NCBI GenBank assembly: GCA_944383245.1
Contig: CALWOU010000002.1
Location: 6,417-70,416, forward strand
Length of the DNA stretch: 64,000 nucleotides
Source of the DNA: an uncultured Clostridia bacterium
GTDB taxonomy: Bacteria > Bacillota > Clostridia > Christensenellales > UBA1242
Direction of reading: 5' to 3'
Part shown: positions 47,518 to 58,237 of the stretch, piece after piece
Numbering within the stretch: position 1 is the first letter of the stretch
How the letters are laid out: each line of letters begins with the position of its first letter
The notes under the pieces: generated by a model
What the model saw: the letters and a program-made list of their open reading frames with translations, nothing else
Databases searched by the model: none
What the model was told of the DNA's origin: nothing
Program-made: the position numbers and the translations under genes

Positions 47518-49479
47518 ATGGTGGACGATTTAAAAGTATCAGGCAATTATGGTGCGGATGAAATTCAAGTTTTGGAAGGGTTAGAACCGGTTAGAAAGCG
47601 CCCGGGAATGTATATCGGTTCAACAGATGAACGCGGGCTTCATCATTTGGTCACTGAGATTGTGGATAATTCTATCGATGAGGCGCTTGCTGGTTATTGC
47701 AACGAAATAAGCGTTACAATTTTATCTGATGGTTCGTGCAGTGTGTTAGATAATGGGCGCGGTATACCAACGGGAATTCACGAAAAAGAGGGAATAAGTG
47801 CGGCAGAACTAGTGCTCACTAAACTTCACGCGGGTGGTAAATTTGGAGGCGGAGGATATAAAATTTCGGGCGGACTTCACGGCGTTGGTTTGTCCGTAGT
47901 AAACGCACTAAGCGAAAACCTCGTCTTAGATATTTTCCAAAACGGAAATCATTATCATCAGGTGTATCATAGAGGCGTCCCAGAGGGCAGGCTTGAAGTC
48001 ATTGGCAAAGCAAAAGATAATGTAACCGGCACGCGCGTCACTTTTAAGCCAGACTATGAAATTTTCCCTATCACTGAATTTAATTATGACGTGTTAAAAT
48101 CTCGCCTTAGAGAAATCGCATTTTTAAACAAAGGTCTAAGAATAAATTTAAAAGACGAACGCGAGGGTAAAGAGCAAGAAAACGTTTATCAATTTATGGG
48201 CGGTATTCAAGAATTTGTGGCAGATTTAACAGAAAACAAGCAGTGCATTTTCCCTGACCCAATTTATGCTGATAAAGTGTATAAATACAAGCGAAAAGAT
48301 GAAAATGGAGTGGCGCAAGATGCAACGTGTGAAATTGAATTTAGTTTTCAGTATACAGACACTTACACTGAAAATATTCACAGTTATTGCAACAACATAA
48401 ACACAGAAGAGGGCGGAAAACACGTTGACGGTTTCAAGTCTAGCCTAATGAAAATTATAAACGATTATGCGCTTGAAAATAAACTTGTGAAAGATAAAGT
48501 TAAACTCTCGGGAGAGGACACTCGCGAGGGTATTGTTGCAATTATCTCGGTAAAGGTTGAAGAACCTCAGTTTGAAGGTCAAACTAAAACCAAACTTGGC
48601 ACTGAAGAAATTAAAACCTACACTTCAAAAGCAATGGAAGATTGCTTTAAAGATTATCTTGAAGAACATCCAAAAGAGAGCAAAGAGTTAATAAATAAAT
48701 GCTTAATATCACAACGCGCAAGAGAGGCAGCGCGCAACGCACGTGAAGAAACAAGAAGAAAAAGTGTGCTAGAGTCCTCCACTCTTCCTGGGAAACTTGC
48801 AGATTGTTCTAGTAAGGACGCAAGCATTTGCGAAATATTTATAGTCGAGGGTGATTCAGCGGGCGGAACTGCGAAAAACGGAAGAGATAGGCGCTTCCAG
48901 GCAATTTTGCCACTTAGAGGTAAAATACTAAACGTTGAAAAAACTCGTTTGGCGCGCGCACTTGAAAATGCAGAAATCAACGCAATGATAACCGCGTTTG
49001 GTTGTGGAATTCACGAAAATTGCGACCCTAAAAAGTTAAGGTACGATAAAATTATTATTATGACAGATGCGGATGTGGACGGCGCACACATTGCAATTTT
49101 AATGCTAACATTCTTCTTTAGATTTATGCGTCCACTAATTGAAGAAGGTCACGTATACATCGCTCAACCGCCTCTATATATGTTAACGCGCGGAAAGCAA
49201 AAAACTTACTTTTACACTGAAGAAGAAAAGCAAAAAGGTTGTGAGGGCTTAGAGCGCGGATTTAGCATTCAACGATATAAAGGTCTAGGCGAAATGGATA
49301 AAGAGCAGTTGTGGGAAACAACTATGAACCCAGAGAGCAGAACACTTAAAAAAGTCACTATGAAAGATGAAGTTACTTGCAACGAAATATTCGACACTCT
49401 TATGGGAGATCGCCCTGAAAGTAGGCGCGAATTTATAGAAAAATATGCGTCCATAGCCTCAGATAACTTGGATGTTTAG
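47518..49479 (+). CDS. gyrB: DNA gyrase subunit B
   Basis: GHKL ATPase motifs (LHHLVTEIVDNSIDEA, GGLHGVG), Toprim EGDSAGG and PLRGKILNVE. Confidence 0.97.
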   Translation: MVDDLKVSGNYGADEIQVLEGLEPVRKRPGMYIGSTDERGLHHLVTEIVDNSIDEALAGYCNEISVTILSDGSCSVLDNGRGIPTGIHEKEGISAAELVLTKLHAGGKFGGGGYKISGGLHGVGLSVVNALSENLVLDIFQNGNHYHQVYHRGVPEGRLEVIGKAKDNVTGTRVTFKPDYEIFPITEFNYDVLKSRLREIAFLNKGLRINLKDEREGKEQENVYQFMGGIQEFVADLTENKQCIFPDPIYADKVYKYKRKDENGVAQDATCEIEFSFQYTDTYTENIHSYCNNINTEEGGKHVDGFKSSLMKIINDYALENKLVKDKVKLSGEDTREGIVAIISVKVEEPQFEGQTKTKLGTEEIKTYTSKAMEDCFKDYLEEHPKESKELINKCLISQRAREAARNAREETRRKSVLESSTLPGKLADCSSKDASICEIFIVEGDSAGGTAKNGRDRRFQAILPLRGKILNVEKTRLARALENAEINAMITAFGCGIHENCDPKKLRYDKIIIMTDADVDGAHIAILMLTFFFRFMRPLIEEGHVYIAQPPLYMLTRGKQKTYFYTEEEKQKGCEGLERGFSIQRYKGLGEMDKEQLWETTMNPESRTLKKVTMKDEVTCNEIFDTLMGDRPESRREFIEKYASIASDNLDV

Positions 49480-49487
49480 GAGATAAT

Positions 49488-52046
49488 ATGAAAGACACTG
49501 TTTTTGAAAAAATAGACAACACCCGTTATATCGACGTGGACGTTGAACAAACTATGAAAACCTCGTTTATTGATTATGCAATGGCTGTTAATATTTCGCG
49601 TGCTATTCCAGATGTTAGAGACGGACTAAAGCCGGTTCATAGGCGCATTCTTTATGCTATGAACGAAATGGGGCTTACCAGCGACAAACCTTATAGAAAA
49701 TGTGCAACTGTGGTGGGTCAGGTTATGGGTAGATATCATCCACACGGAGATAGTTCTATTTACGACGCACTTGTCCGCCTTGCGCAAGATTTCACAATTA
49801 ATGAGCCATTAATTGACGGTCACGGTAACTTTGGCAACGAAGATGGCGACGGCGCTGCTGCTATGCGTTACACAGAGTGTAGATTAAGTAAGGTTGCAGA
49901 CGAACTACTTAGAGATATTGATAAAAACACGGTTGACTTTGTTCCAAACTTTGATGAGCAATATATGCAACCAACCGTGCTTCCAAGTAGATTTCCAAAT
50001 TTGCTTGTAAATGGTAGTGATGGAATTGCTGTCGGTATGGCAACAAACATTCCTCCGCACAATCTAAACGAAGTGATTGATGCGGTTGTTGCAATGATTG
50101 ACAATCCTAATATATCGATTGAAGAGTTGATGCAGATTGTACCAGCGCCAGATTTTCCGTCTAGGTGCGAAATTTTGGCAAACAATGCCATTCGCGAGGC
50201 ATATAGAACAGGTCACGGCGGTGTGGTTATGCGCGCCAAAACCGAGTTTGAAACGTTTGATGACGGAAAAAGGTATAGGATTGTTGCAACCTCTATTCCT
50301 TATCAAGTGAATAAAGCAAACTTGGTAAAACAAATTGCAAATCTTGTTAAAGATAAAAAGATTGAAGGTATTTCAGATTTGCGTGACGAATCTGGTCGTG
50401 ACGGACTAAGAATTGTGGTTGAATTAAAGAGAGACGCAAATCCAAACGTTGTGCTAAATCAACTATTTAAAATGAGCCAACTTCAACTCAATTTTAGCAT
50501 AAATTTCTTAGCACTTGTTGGAAAAGAACCGCGAGTTTTAAACCTTCAAGAGATGATTTTCTATTATCTAAATTTCCAGCGCGAAGTGATAGTAAGGCGC
50601 ACAAAGTACGACCTTAACCGCGCAGAAGAACGCGCGCATATTTTAGAAGGTTTGGTTATTGCAGTTTCAAATATCGATGAGGTTATTCAAATAATTAAAA
50701 CAAGCCCAGATAGACAAACGGCACAAACTAGTTTGCAAAATAGATTTGAAATAACCGAAAGGCAATCAAACGCAATTTTAGAGATGAAATTATCTCGCCT
50801 AACCGGGCTAGAAGTCGAAAAATTAAACAGCGAATTGAAAGAATTGGAACTACTTATTGATAAATTAAAATCAATCCTTGCAGATAGTTCAAAAATAGAT
50901 GATATTATTCGCACAGAACTATTAGAAATAAAAGAAAAATATCCAACTCCAAGAAAGAGCGAAATTCGCTACGACGCAGAAGATATTGATATAGGTGATT
51001 TAATCGAACGTCACGATGTTGTTATTTCTCTAACAAGAGAAGGTTATATCAAACGTTTGCCTGTTAGTGAATATAAGTCGCAACATAGAGGCGGAAGAGG
51101 AGTAAATGCGCACAAAACAAAGGAAGAAGATAACATTATTTCAATGTTTGTTGCAAATAGCCACGATGATTTAATGTTCTTTTCTAATCTTGGTAAAGTT
51201 TATGTTTTGCGAGCGTATTACATTCCAGAGGCGGGAAGGCAAAATAAAGGTAGAGCGCTTGTAAACTTATTGCAACTATCTAGCGAAGAGAAAATTTGCA
51301 CTGTTATAAAACTAGATAGAAGTGAAGATGTTTCGCTTGTGATTGCAACTAAAAATGCTCTCATTAAGAAAACTAAAATTAGCGAGTTTAATGAGGTTAG
51401 AAAGAATGGTAAAATCGCAATTAAATTAAACGAGGGTGATAGTCTGGTTGGTGCAGTCTTAGTTCGTCCAAACGATGAATTGTTGATAGCGTCAAGCAGT
51501 GGAAAATGTTTGCGATTTAACGAAAATAATATTCGCCCAATGGGAAGAACGGGTCACGGTGTTCGCTCTATGCGAATTGGTAAGGATGAAAGCATAATAG
51601 ATATAATAAGGCTTGACCCTAATATGGATATTTTAACTGTTACAGAAAAAGGATATGCAAAACGCACTCGCATTGAAGATTATAGAGTTCAAAAACGTCA
51701 CGGAAAAGGAATAAAGGCAGGAACATTTAACGAAAAAACAGGTAAAGTTGTTGCGCTTAAATCAATTAGTTCGGATAAGGACATTTTGGCAATTTCTTCA
51801 GACGGTGTTATGATTAGAACGCACGCAGATAGTGTAAACCTTGTTGGTAGAAATAGTTTAGGAGTTCGTCTTATGAAAGTGAGCGCAAGCGATTTTGTGG
51901 TTAGTGTTGCAGTTGTGGATAGAGATGAGGATGAAGAAATAGCAACCGAAACAAGCGAAAGCCCACAAGTTGATAATTCGGAAAACATAGAGTCTAACGA
52001 AAACTCAAACGAAATCAGAAATGAAGAAAATGAGTCAAACGAATAA
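49488..52046 (+). CDS. gyrA: DNA gyrase subunit A (with an acidic C-terminal tail)
   Basis: It has RAIPDVRDGLKPVHRR, the active-site AAMRYTE and the beta-pinwheel C-terminal domain. The tail is rich in E/N/S. Confidence 0.97.
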   Translation: MKDTVFEKIDNTRYIDVDVEQTMKTSFIDYAMAVNISRAIPDVRDGLKPVHRRILYAMNEMGLTSDKPYRKCATVVGQVMGRYHPHGDSSIYDALVRLAQDFTINEPLIDGHGNFGNEDGDGAAAMRYTECRLSKVADELLRDIDKNTVDFVPNFDEQYMQPTVLPSRFPNLLVNGSDGIAVGMATNIPPHNLNEVIDAVVAMIDNPNISIEELMQIVPAPDFPSRCEILANNAIREAYRTGHGGVVMRAKTEFETFDDGKRYRIVATSIPYQVNKANLVKQIANLVKDKKIEGISDLRDESGRDGLRIVVELKRDANPNVVLNQLFKMSQLQLNFSINFLALVGKEPRVLNLQEMIFYYLNFQREVIVRRTKYDLNRAEERAHILEGLVIAVSNIDEVIQIIKTSPDRQTAQTSLQNRFEITERQSNAILEMKLSRLTGLEVEKLNSELKELELLIDKLKSILADSSKIDDIIRTELLEIKEKYPTPRKSEIRYDAEDIDIGDLIERHDVVISLTREGYIKRLPVSEYKSQHRGGRGVNAHKTKEEDNIISMFVANSHDDLMFFSNLGKVYVLRAYYIPEAGRQNKGRALVNLLQLSSEEKICTVIKLDRSEDVSLVIATKNALIKKTKISEFNEVRKNGKIAIKLNEGDSLVGAVLVRPNDELLIASSSGKCLRFNENNIRPMGRTGHGVRSMRIGKDESIIDIIRLDPNMDILTVTEKGYAKRTRIEDYRVQKRHGKGIKAGTFNEKTGKVVALKSISSDKDILAISSDGVMIRTHADSVNLVGRNSLGVRLMKVSASDFVVSVAVVDRDEDEEIATETSESPQVDNSENIESNENSNEIRNEENESNE

Positions 52047-52821
52047 AATAAACATTCACGCAGGTCATCGCCAAAGGCTGAAAAACAAAGCGAGTGATTT
52101 TGGTCTTTCAGCCTTTAATGACCACGAAGTGTTAGAGCTTATGCTGACCTATGTTATTCCGCAAAAGGACACAAATCCACTTGCGCACAAACTCTTAAAC
52201 GAATTTGGCAGTTTTTATAAAGTTTTTGAAGCGAGCGAACACGAATTGTTAAAAATCGATGGAGTTGGCAAAGAAACTGCTAGATTTATTCCGTTTTTAG
52301 GTGCTTTAACTGAAAGGATTGAAAAAAGCAAAAGAAGTGCATATAAAAATCGAAAAATTTTGCGTTCAACCAAACAATGCGCGGATTATTTTTTATCAAA
52401 TTACACTGTTGGCAACACTGAGCATTGCTATTTTATTTGTTTGGATGAGCAACACGCATTGATTAAAACAATTGAATATACAGGTGCAGATAGCGCGCTT
52501 GTTAGAGTGAATTTAAACGATTTATTAGAACAAATTAGAAAACTGAACGCAAAAGAGGTTGTTATGATTCACACGCATCCGCACGGAAGCGTTATGCCAA
52601 GCGAGGAAGATATTAAAAGCACTTGCCAGATATTTAAAAAGTTGTTTTACCTTGATATTATGCTGAAAGCGCACCTAATTTTCAATGAATCCACGCATTA
52701 TAGTATGGATAAGGAAATTCAAGATTATCGTAACTATTTAATTGAGTTAGAGGCAGAACTTTCTAGAAAGAACAACACTAATATCAATCAAATTATAACA
52801 AATAGAAAAATGTCTAATTAA
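52021..52821 (+). CDS. radC: RadC-family (JAMM-like) protein
   Basis: It has helix-hairpin-helix LLKIDGVGKETA and the JAMM box HTHPHGSVMPSEED. It overlaps the gyrA end by 26 nt; the ATG at 52030 is an alternative start. Confidence 0.85.
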   Translation: MKKMSQTNKINIHAGHRQRLKNKASDFGLSAFNDHEVLELMLTYVIPQKDTNPLAHKLLNEFGSFYKVFEASEHELLKIDGVGKETARFIPFLGALTERIEKSKRSAYKNRKILRSTKQCADYFLSNYTVGNTEHCYFICLDEQHALIKTIEYTGADSALVRVNLNDLLEQIRKLNAKEVVMIHTHPHGSVMPSEEDIKSTCQIFKKLFYLDIMLKAHLIFNESTHYSMDKEIQDYRNYLIELEAELSRKNNTNINQIITNRKMSN

Positions 52822-52925
52822 AAACTTAGGATTTAACAATAAAAATATTGAAGATGATATAATTTATTGTTGGGATTAACCTTAATAATTTGTATTATTT
52901 AAATAAGTATAGAATAAAATATATT

Positions 52926-53780
52926 ATGCGAAATTTAAGAAAAATCTTAATGATATGCTTGTTAGTGGTTGTCACTATAAGTTTTTGTGCGTGCTCATCC
53001 GTTAGAACTATGACGGTCACAAATGCTGACGGAACTATTGATGAACTTGTCTACATTTCGCTTGACACTCAAGCATTAATCGACGCAGGTTACGACAATT
53101 TAGATATAGAAAGTATGCAAACAGACATAACCACCACTGCAATGCGTGAGGCTAGCAATATTGTTGATAATTTTAAGCAAAGTATCGACGACCTTCTCGC
53201 TTTTAATTTCACAATGGATTTTAAAACACGGACAGATTTATTGAACATTAGAGATGGGCTAGAAGTTGTCACTAGCAGTTGGCAAGATAACACTTATGTG
53301 ATAGGTTTAAGATTTAGCGATATTAATGTTTATAGATATTATTATAATATAACTGAGGAGGCAGAGGTTCAACCAACAAATGAAGAACATTTCTTATACA
53401 CAAAGGTTATCTATTCAGGGCTAAATATGTATGTTAACTATAGCGATTTATATCTTAGATTAAACCAAGAATTTAGCGCAAAACACCCAGAGTTTATTGA
53501 AAATGAAAATGAATTGTTGTATACTTATGTCACCGAGTCAAGAAGAGAGCATAGCGACGCAGATTTTGTAACAAGGTTAGATGGAAACTATTATCACACT
53601 TGGATTGTGAATGGCGATAATTTAGGTGAGGAAATAACACTTTACTATAATATCGCAAACCGCGGAAATTGTATATTGTTATGCATTGGAATTAGCATTT
53701 TAGTTTGTGGAGTGCTCTTAATCATAGGCTTAATTGTGGATAAACACAAAAAGAAAAAACAAATTATAATTGAAGAATAA
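52926..53780 (+). CDS. Lipoprotein with an additional C-terminal TM anchor
   Basis: The ATG at 52926 gives MRNLRKILMICLLVVVTISFCAC-SS, a lipobox-like sequence. The C-terminal TM is CILLCIGISILVCGVLLIIGLIV followed by DKHKKKK. The track ORF starts at a TTG at 52890. Confidence 0.7.
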   Translation: MRNLRKILMICLLVVVTISFCACSSVRTMTVTNADGTIDELVYISLDTQALIDAGYDNLDIESMQTDITTTAMREASNIVDNFKQSIDDLLAFNFTMDFKTRTDLLNIRDGLEVVTSSWQDNTYVIGLRFSDINVYRYYYNITEEAEVQPTNEEHFLYTKVIYSGLNMYVNYSDLYLRLNQEFSAKHPEFIENENELLYTYVTESRREHSDADFVTRLDGNYYHTWIVNGDNLGEEITLYYNIANRGNCILLCIGISILVCGVLLIIGLIVDKHKKKKQIIIEE

Positions 53781-53902
53781 ATTAAAAATAAAAAATTTAA
53801 ATATAAAAAATTATAAAAATAAAAAATAAACAAAAAATTATAAAAAATATTAAAAAATAATGATTTTATTAAAAAAATTTAATATTTTAAATAAAAAATT
53901 AA

Positions 53903-53935
53903 AAAAAAAAGACCTAATTTATAAGGTCTTTTTTA
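53903..53935. terminator. Bidirectional terminator
   Basis: AGACCT...AGGTCT is a hairpin flanked by A10 and T6 runs. Confidence 0.65.
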
Positions 53936-53936
53936 A

Positions 53937-54569
53937 TTATTTAATGTTGAAAATATGTGGATATTTTTTTAAAATTTCTCGTGAAGCATATAATCTAGAT
54001 TCATATTCATAGCGAGTTAACACTGTTTCACGTTTATCTAAACATCCAATGTGGTGCAATAAATATTTATTTTGAGTTGACAAAAGTGCGCGTGAATGAA
54101 TAGGGTTTTTAAGTGCAGATAAATATAAGTCATCCAAAAAATTTTGATATTCTTCACTTTCTCGTGGAATAGATTTAGACTTAAAATATAGAGTTTGATT
54201 TGTTCTCCAATCTTCAAGCAAATTGGCACAGCGAGTATGATAGGCATCCACTCCAAAATATTTAAACACACTATTTTGTATTTTTCTATTCTTATGCTTT
54301 ATCCCTTGTAAAACACCTTCAATCGAGTTTACTAATTTACCTTTAAATCTAAATTTAATCGGATAAAGATTGGATAGCACCCTGCAAATACTTTCTTTTG
54401 AGCCGTAAAAAATATTATAAAAATTTTCCCCAACTGCAATCTTTATTTTATTTTCTGGATCCTCAACTAGTTCGCCTTTAAAATATATTTTATCATTAAC
54501 TTTTTCTAAATCTACATAATTAAAACTTTCTCTTAATTTTTTAAACTCTTCTTTTATTTCCTTATTCAT
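53937..54569 (-). CDS. NADAR (YbiA/DUF1768)-like protein
   Basis: FYGSKESICRVLSNLYPIKFRFKGKLVNSIEGVLQGIKH fits the NADAR pattern F..(n)LSNF...F.G..F.S.E..FQA.K. The later ALLSTQNKYLLHH fits LL.T....L.EH. The ATG at 54569 follows AGGGG, in frame with the track ORF ending at 54584. Confidence 0.5.
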   Translation of the reverse strand: MNKEIKEEFKKLRESFNYVDLEKVNDKIYFKGELVEDPENKIKIAVGENFYNIFYGSKESICRVLSNLYPIKFRFKGKLVNSIEGVLQGIKHKNRKIQNSVFKYFGVDAYHTRCANLLEDWRTNQTLYFKSKSIPRESEEYQNFLDDLYLSALKNPIHSRALLSTQNKYLLHHIGCLDKRETVLTRYEYESRLYASREILKKYPHIFNIK

Positions 54570-54577
54570 AATAACCC

Positions 54578-54775
54578 CTACCAATCGTTTTTTCTGTTTG
54601 GAACTTTAATATCGTCATAAAATTTAAGATATTTATCCAACTCATTATTTTTTTGAAGATTAATTTTTAAATTGTTTTTATTTGGATTATTTAAAATTTC
54701 AAGTTTTAATTTTTCAATGTCTTTATTATTTAATTTGCTTTTTGGTGGCTCTTTTAATATAACAGGTTTTTTCAT
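54578..54775 (-). CDS. Hypothetical 65-aa basic protein immediately upstream of the NADAR-like gene
   Basis: Its stop lies 9 nt before the next start. It is K/N-rich, with no motif recognised. Confidence 0.45.
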   Translation of the reverse strand: MKKPVILKEPPKSKLNNKDIEKLKLEILNNPNKNNLKINLQKNNELDKYLKFYDDIKVPNRKNDW

Positions 54776-55156
54776 AAAAATATTATATCATAATATTTAA
54801 TTAATTGCAATAATTAAATGGTTATAATAAATTTTAGAAAATATAATTTAATTAAAAAAAATATAATTTAATTTAAAAGTATAATAATTAAAAAAAAATA
54901 AAAAAATAAAAAAATTAAATTATTAAAATAAAAAATTAAAATAAACTTGAAATTAAAATTGTAAAAATAAAAAAATATTTAAATACTTTAAAAAATTAAT
55001 AAAAAATATTAAAAAATTAATAAAAAATATCAAAAAATATAAAAAATAAAGCATTTTTTAGTGATTTTTTAAAAATTTATCTAATTTTTGCTTTATTTTT
55101 TTATTAAAATAATTTTTTTATAAATTTTATTTTTGAAATGATTTTCTATTTTCCTT

Positions 55157-55702
55157 TTAAATACCCTTTTGGCGCTTTTCGTTTAGCGGACTTAAAATAA
55201 CTTTTCCCTCTTTTAAACTTTTTTGAACGTCTATTATTCGTTGATTGCTTGAACCTTTAAATCTAAGTGTGATGTCTTTTTTATCAAGTTCAAACTTTCC
55301 GTCAACAATAATATCTATGTAAGATAAAAGTTCGCGTGTAATTTTTGTGTGCGCTCTGCTAGGAGATAATAGTTCGCTATCAAATAAGTAACCTGTGTAG
55401 CACCAAATGTTTTTATTTGGAAGTTCTGCTTTAACGCGCTTTATAAAGGGTAGAAGTGCTTGTTGATTTGCTGGTTCCATTGGTTCGCCACCAAGAAGAG
55501 TGAGCCCTGCAATATAACTAGGTTTTAAACTTTCAATGATTTTATCTTCAACTTCGCGCGTAAAATCTTCACCATAATTAAAGTCCCACGCAATCTCGTT
55601 AAAACAGCCTTTGCAGTGATGCGTGCAACCACTCACAAACAGGGAAGTTCTAACGCCTTCCCCGTTTGCAATATCGTTGTACTTAATGTTTGCATATTTC
55701 AT
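55157..55702 (-). CDS. nrdG: Anaerobic ribonucleotide reductase activating protein (radical SAM)
   Basis: It has the CxxxCxxC cluster in GCTHHCKGCFN, a typical N-terminus (YNDIANGEGVRTSLFVSGC) and the size expected for NrdG. Confidence 0.92.
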   Translation of the reverse strand: MKYANIKYNDIANGEGVRTSLFVSGCTHHCKGCFNEIAWDFNYGEDFTREVEDKIIESLKPSYIAGLTLLGGEPMEPANQQALLPFIKRVKAELPNKNIWCYTGYLFDSELLSPSRAHTKITRELLSYIDIIVDGKFELDKKDITLRFKGSSNQRIIDVQKSLKEGKVILSPLNEKRQKGI

Positions 55703-55858
55703 AAATTTTTCTTTTAATAACTAATAATTTTTTAAAATATTATAAAAATTTTTATTTTTTATTAAATTTTTATCTATTTTTTAGTATTTTTAATATATTT
55801 TCAAATAATTTTTAATGTTATGTAAATTTTTTTAATTTTTTAATGTAAACATTATTTT

Positions 55859-58039
55859 TTATAAGTGTAACACTCTATCGCGAATTTCTTGGGTTCTTCC
55901 TTGGTTCCAGAATTGGCTACCAATGTAACCGCAAGTTCTGCGCGCCACATTCATTTTAGTTTGGTCTTTATTTCCACAATTTGGGCAGACCCAAATTAGT
56001 TTTCCGTCTTTATCTTCTTCGATTTGAATTTCGCCGTCATAACCACAAACGTGGCAATAGTCTGATTTAGTGTTAAGTTCGGCATACATAATGTTATCAT
56101 AAATGTATTTCATAACTTGCAACACTGCTTCGATGTTATCTTGCATATTAGGAACTTCAACATAACTTATAGCACCACCTGGGCTAAGTGCTTGGAATTC
56201 ACTTTCAAGTTTAAGTTTTGAGAATGCATCGATATTTTCTGTAACGTGCACGTGATAACTATTTGTAATGTAGTTTTTATCTGTAACACCAGGGATGATT
56301 CCAAATCTACGTTGCAAGCACTTTGCAAATTTATATGTTGTGCTCTCAAGTGGTGTGCCATATAATGAATAGTCAATATTTTCGGCTTCTTTCCACTTCT
56401 TAGTGTACTCATTCAACTTTTTCATTATAGCAAGACCGAGAGTTTTGCCTTCATCCTCGGTTAATTTTTTGCCATTTAAGTAGTAAACTGCTTCCCAAAG
56501 CCCAGCAAAGCCAAGTGAGATAGTAGAGTAGCCGCCATAAAGGAGTTTATCAATCTTTTCGCCTGGCTTAAGCCTTGCGATTGCGCCATATTGCCACAAA
56601 ATTGGAGCAACGTCTGAAATTGTGCCTTTAAGCCTGTTGTGACGGCATTGAAGCGCTTTGTGGCAAAGTTCCAACCTTTCATCCAACAACTTCCAAAACT
56701 CTTTCATATCTTTATGGCTAGAAAGTGCAACATCAACAAGGTTGATTGTAACCACACCTTGATTAAATCTTCCATAATATTTTGGTTTTCCGTTTTCACC
56801 CACATAAGGAGTTAGGAAACTACGGCAACCCATACAAGTGTAGCAATGACCCTCGCCATTTTTATCAATTTTTAGTTCAAGCATTTTCTTTTCGCTTATG
56901 TAGTCTGGCACAAGCCTTTTTGCTGTGCATTTGGCAGCAAGGCGAGTGAGATAATAGTATTTGCTATCTTCGTGAATGTTATTTTCTTCCAAAACATAGA
57001 TAAGTTTAGGGAAAGCAGGAGTTATCCAAACACCTTTTTCATTTTTAACACCCCCGTAACGTTGCTTTAACACCTCTTCAATAATCATTGCAAGGTCCTC
57101 ACGTTCGCGCTCGTTTCTTGCTTCGCCTAGATACATAAACACTGTAACAAAAGGTGCTTGCCCATTAGTTGTCATAAGAGTGATGATTTGATATTGAATA
57201 GTTTGCACACCGCGTTCAATCTCTTTTTTAACGCGTTCTTCTGTGATTTTATGTAAAATTGCCTCATCCACTTTTCCCGTTGCTTCAAGCAATTCTTCAC
57301 GTACTTGTTCGCGTATTTTTTGCCTTGAAACATCAACAAATGGAGCAAGGTGGGTTAAACTTATGCTTTGCCCGCCATATTGGCTAGATGCAACTTGCGC
57401 AACAATTTGAGTTGCAATATTACAAGCGGTAGAGAATGAGTGTGGGCGCTCAATCATTGTTCCAGAAATAACCGTGCCATTTTCAAGCATATCTTCAAGG
57501 TTAACAAGGTCGCAGTTATGCATACGTTGAGCAAAATAGTCTGCATCGTGGAAATGGATTATACCTTCTTCGTGCGCTTTCCATATATGTTCAGGGAGCA
57601 AAAACCTTTTTGTTAAGTCCTTGCTAACTTCGCCTGCCATATAGTCGCGTTGCACACTGTTGACTGTTGGATTTTTATTGCTATTTTCTTGCTTAACCTC
57701 TTCGTTTTGGCAGTCAATTAGCGAAAAAATCTTTTCGTCCGTTGTGTTATGCTGTCTAGCAAGTTGACGGTCGTAACGATATTTAATATAGTTTTTAGCA
57801 ACGTCAAAAGCGCCCTCGCGCATTATCTCAACTTCAACCATATCTTGAATTTCTTCAACACCTACCGCTCTTCCCATACCATCACACTCGCGCGTGACAT
57901 TGTTTGTAATTCTTTCAATTTGTTCGCTAGATAAACGCTTGCTAGCATCGTCCACCGACATATTTGCCTTGCCAACAGCAATGGCAATTTTTTGTGAGTC
58001 AAACACAACTTCGGATCCATTTCTTTTAATGACTTTCAC
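55859..58039 (-). CDS. nrdD: Anaerobic ribonucleoside-triphosphate reductase
   Basis: N-terminal ATP-cone, a C-terminal zinc ribbon (CHVCGY...CPNCG) and the glycyl-radical motif RRTCGYIG. GTG start after AAGGAGGG. Confidence 0.95.
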   Translation of the reverse strand: MKVIKRNGSEVVFDSQKIAIAVGKANMSVDDASKRLSSEQIERITNNVTRECDGMGRAVGVEEIQDMVEVEIMREGAFDVAKNYIKYRYDRQLARQHNTTDEKIFSLIDCQNEEVKQENSNKNPTVNSVQRDYMAGEVSKDLTKRFLLPEHIWKAHEEGIIHFHDADYFAQRMHNCDLVNLEDMLENGTVISGTMIERPHSFSTACNIATQIVAQVASSQYGGQSISLTHLAPFVDVSRQKIREQVREELLEATGKVDEAILHKITEERVKKEIERGVQTIQYQIITLMTTNGQAPFVTVFMYLGEARNEREREDLAMIIEEVLKQRYGGVKNEKGVWITPAFPKLIYVLEENNIHEDSKYYYLTRLAAKCTAKRLVPDYISEKKMLELKIDKNGEGHCYTCMGCRSFLTPYVGENGKPKYYGRFNQGVVTINLVDVALSSHKDMKEFWKLLDERLELCHKALQCRHNRLKGTISDVAPILWQYGAIARLKPGEKIDKLLYGGYSTISLGFAGLWEAVYYLNGKKLTEDEGKTLGLAIMKKLNEYTKKWKEAENIDYSLYGTPLESTTYKFAKCLQRRFGIIPGVTDKNYITNSYHVHVTENIDAFSKLKLESEFQALSPGGAISYVEVPNMQDNIEAVLQVMKYIYDNIMYAELNTKSDYCHVCGYDGEIQIEEDKDGKLIWVCPNCGNKDQTKMNVARRTCGYIGSQFWNQGRTQEIRDRVLHL

Positions 58040-58166
58040 TTTTCCCTCCTTATTGTTTCGTCATAAAGTTAAATTTTAATCAATTTGAACGAACTTTTTT
58101 TTAAAAAGTAAACATAAATATTTAAAATTTATTTTCCTTTTATTTTTATAAAGTTTCATATTCAAT

Positions 58167-58195
58167 TTGACTTTACGTTTCCATTTTACTATAAT
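58167..58195 (+). promoter_or_regulatory. Perfect consensus promoter for the Crp/Fnr-family gene
   Basis: TTGACT, a 17-nt spacer and TATAAT. The small palindrome TGTTGT-tttt-ACAACA (58210-58225) lies in the leader. Confidence 0.7.
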
Positions 58196-58237
58196 AAAAA
58201 TGAAAATAGTGTTGTTTTTACAACAAAATGAGGGTTT

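Noticed and set aside
54841-55045. Short tandem words in the G/C-free spacers, such as ATATAATTTAATT x2 and AAAAAATTAATAAAAAATAT x2. Similar spacers occur at 473-667, 10573-10825, 23764-23955 and 55703-55858.
   Set aside because: These are low-complexity A/T sequence typical of every intergenic region in this window. The repeats are what such composition produces by chance or slippage, and no specific structure is seen.
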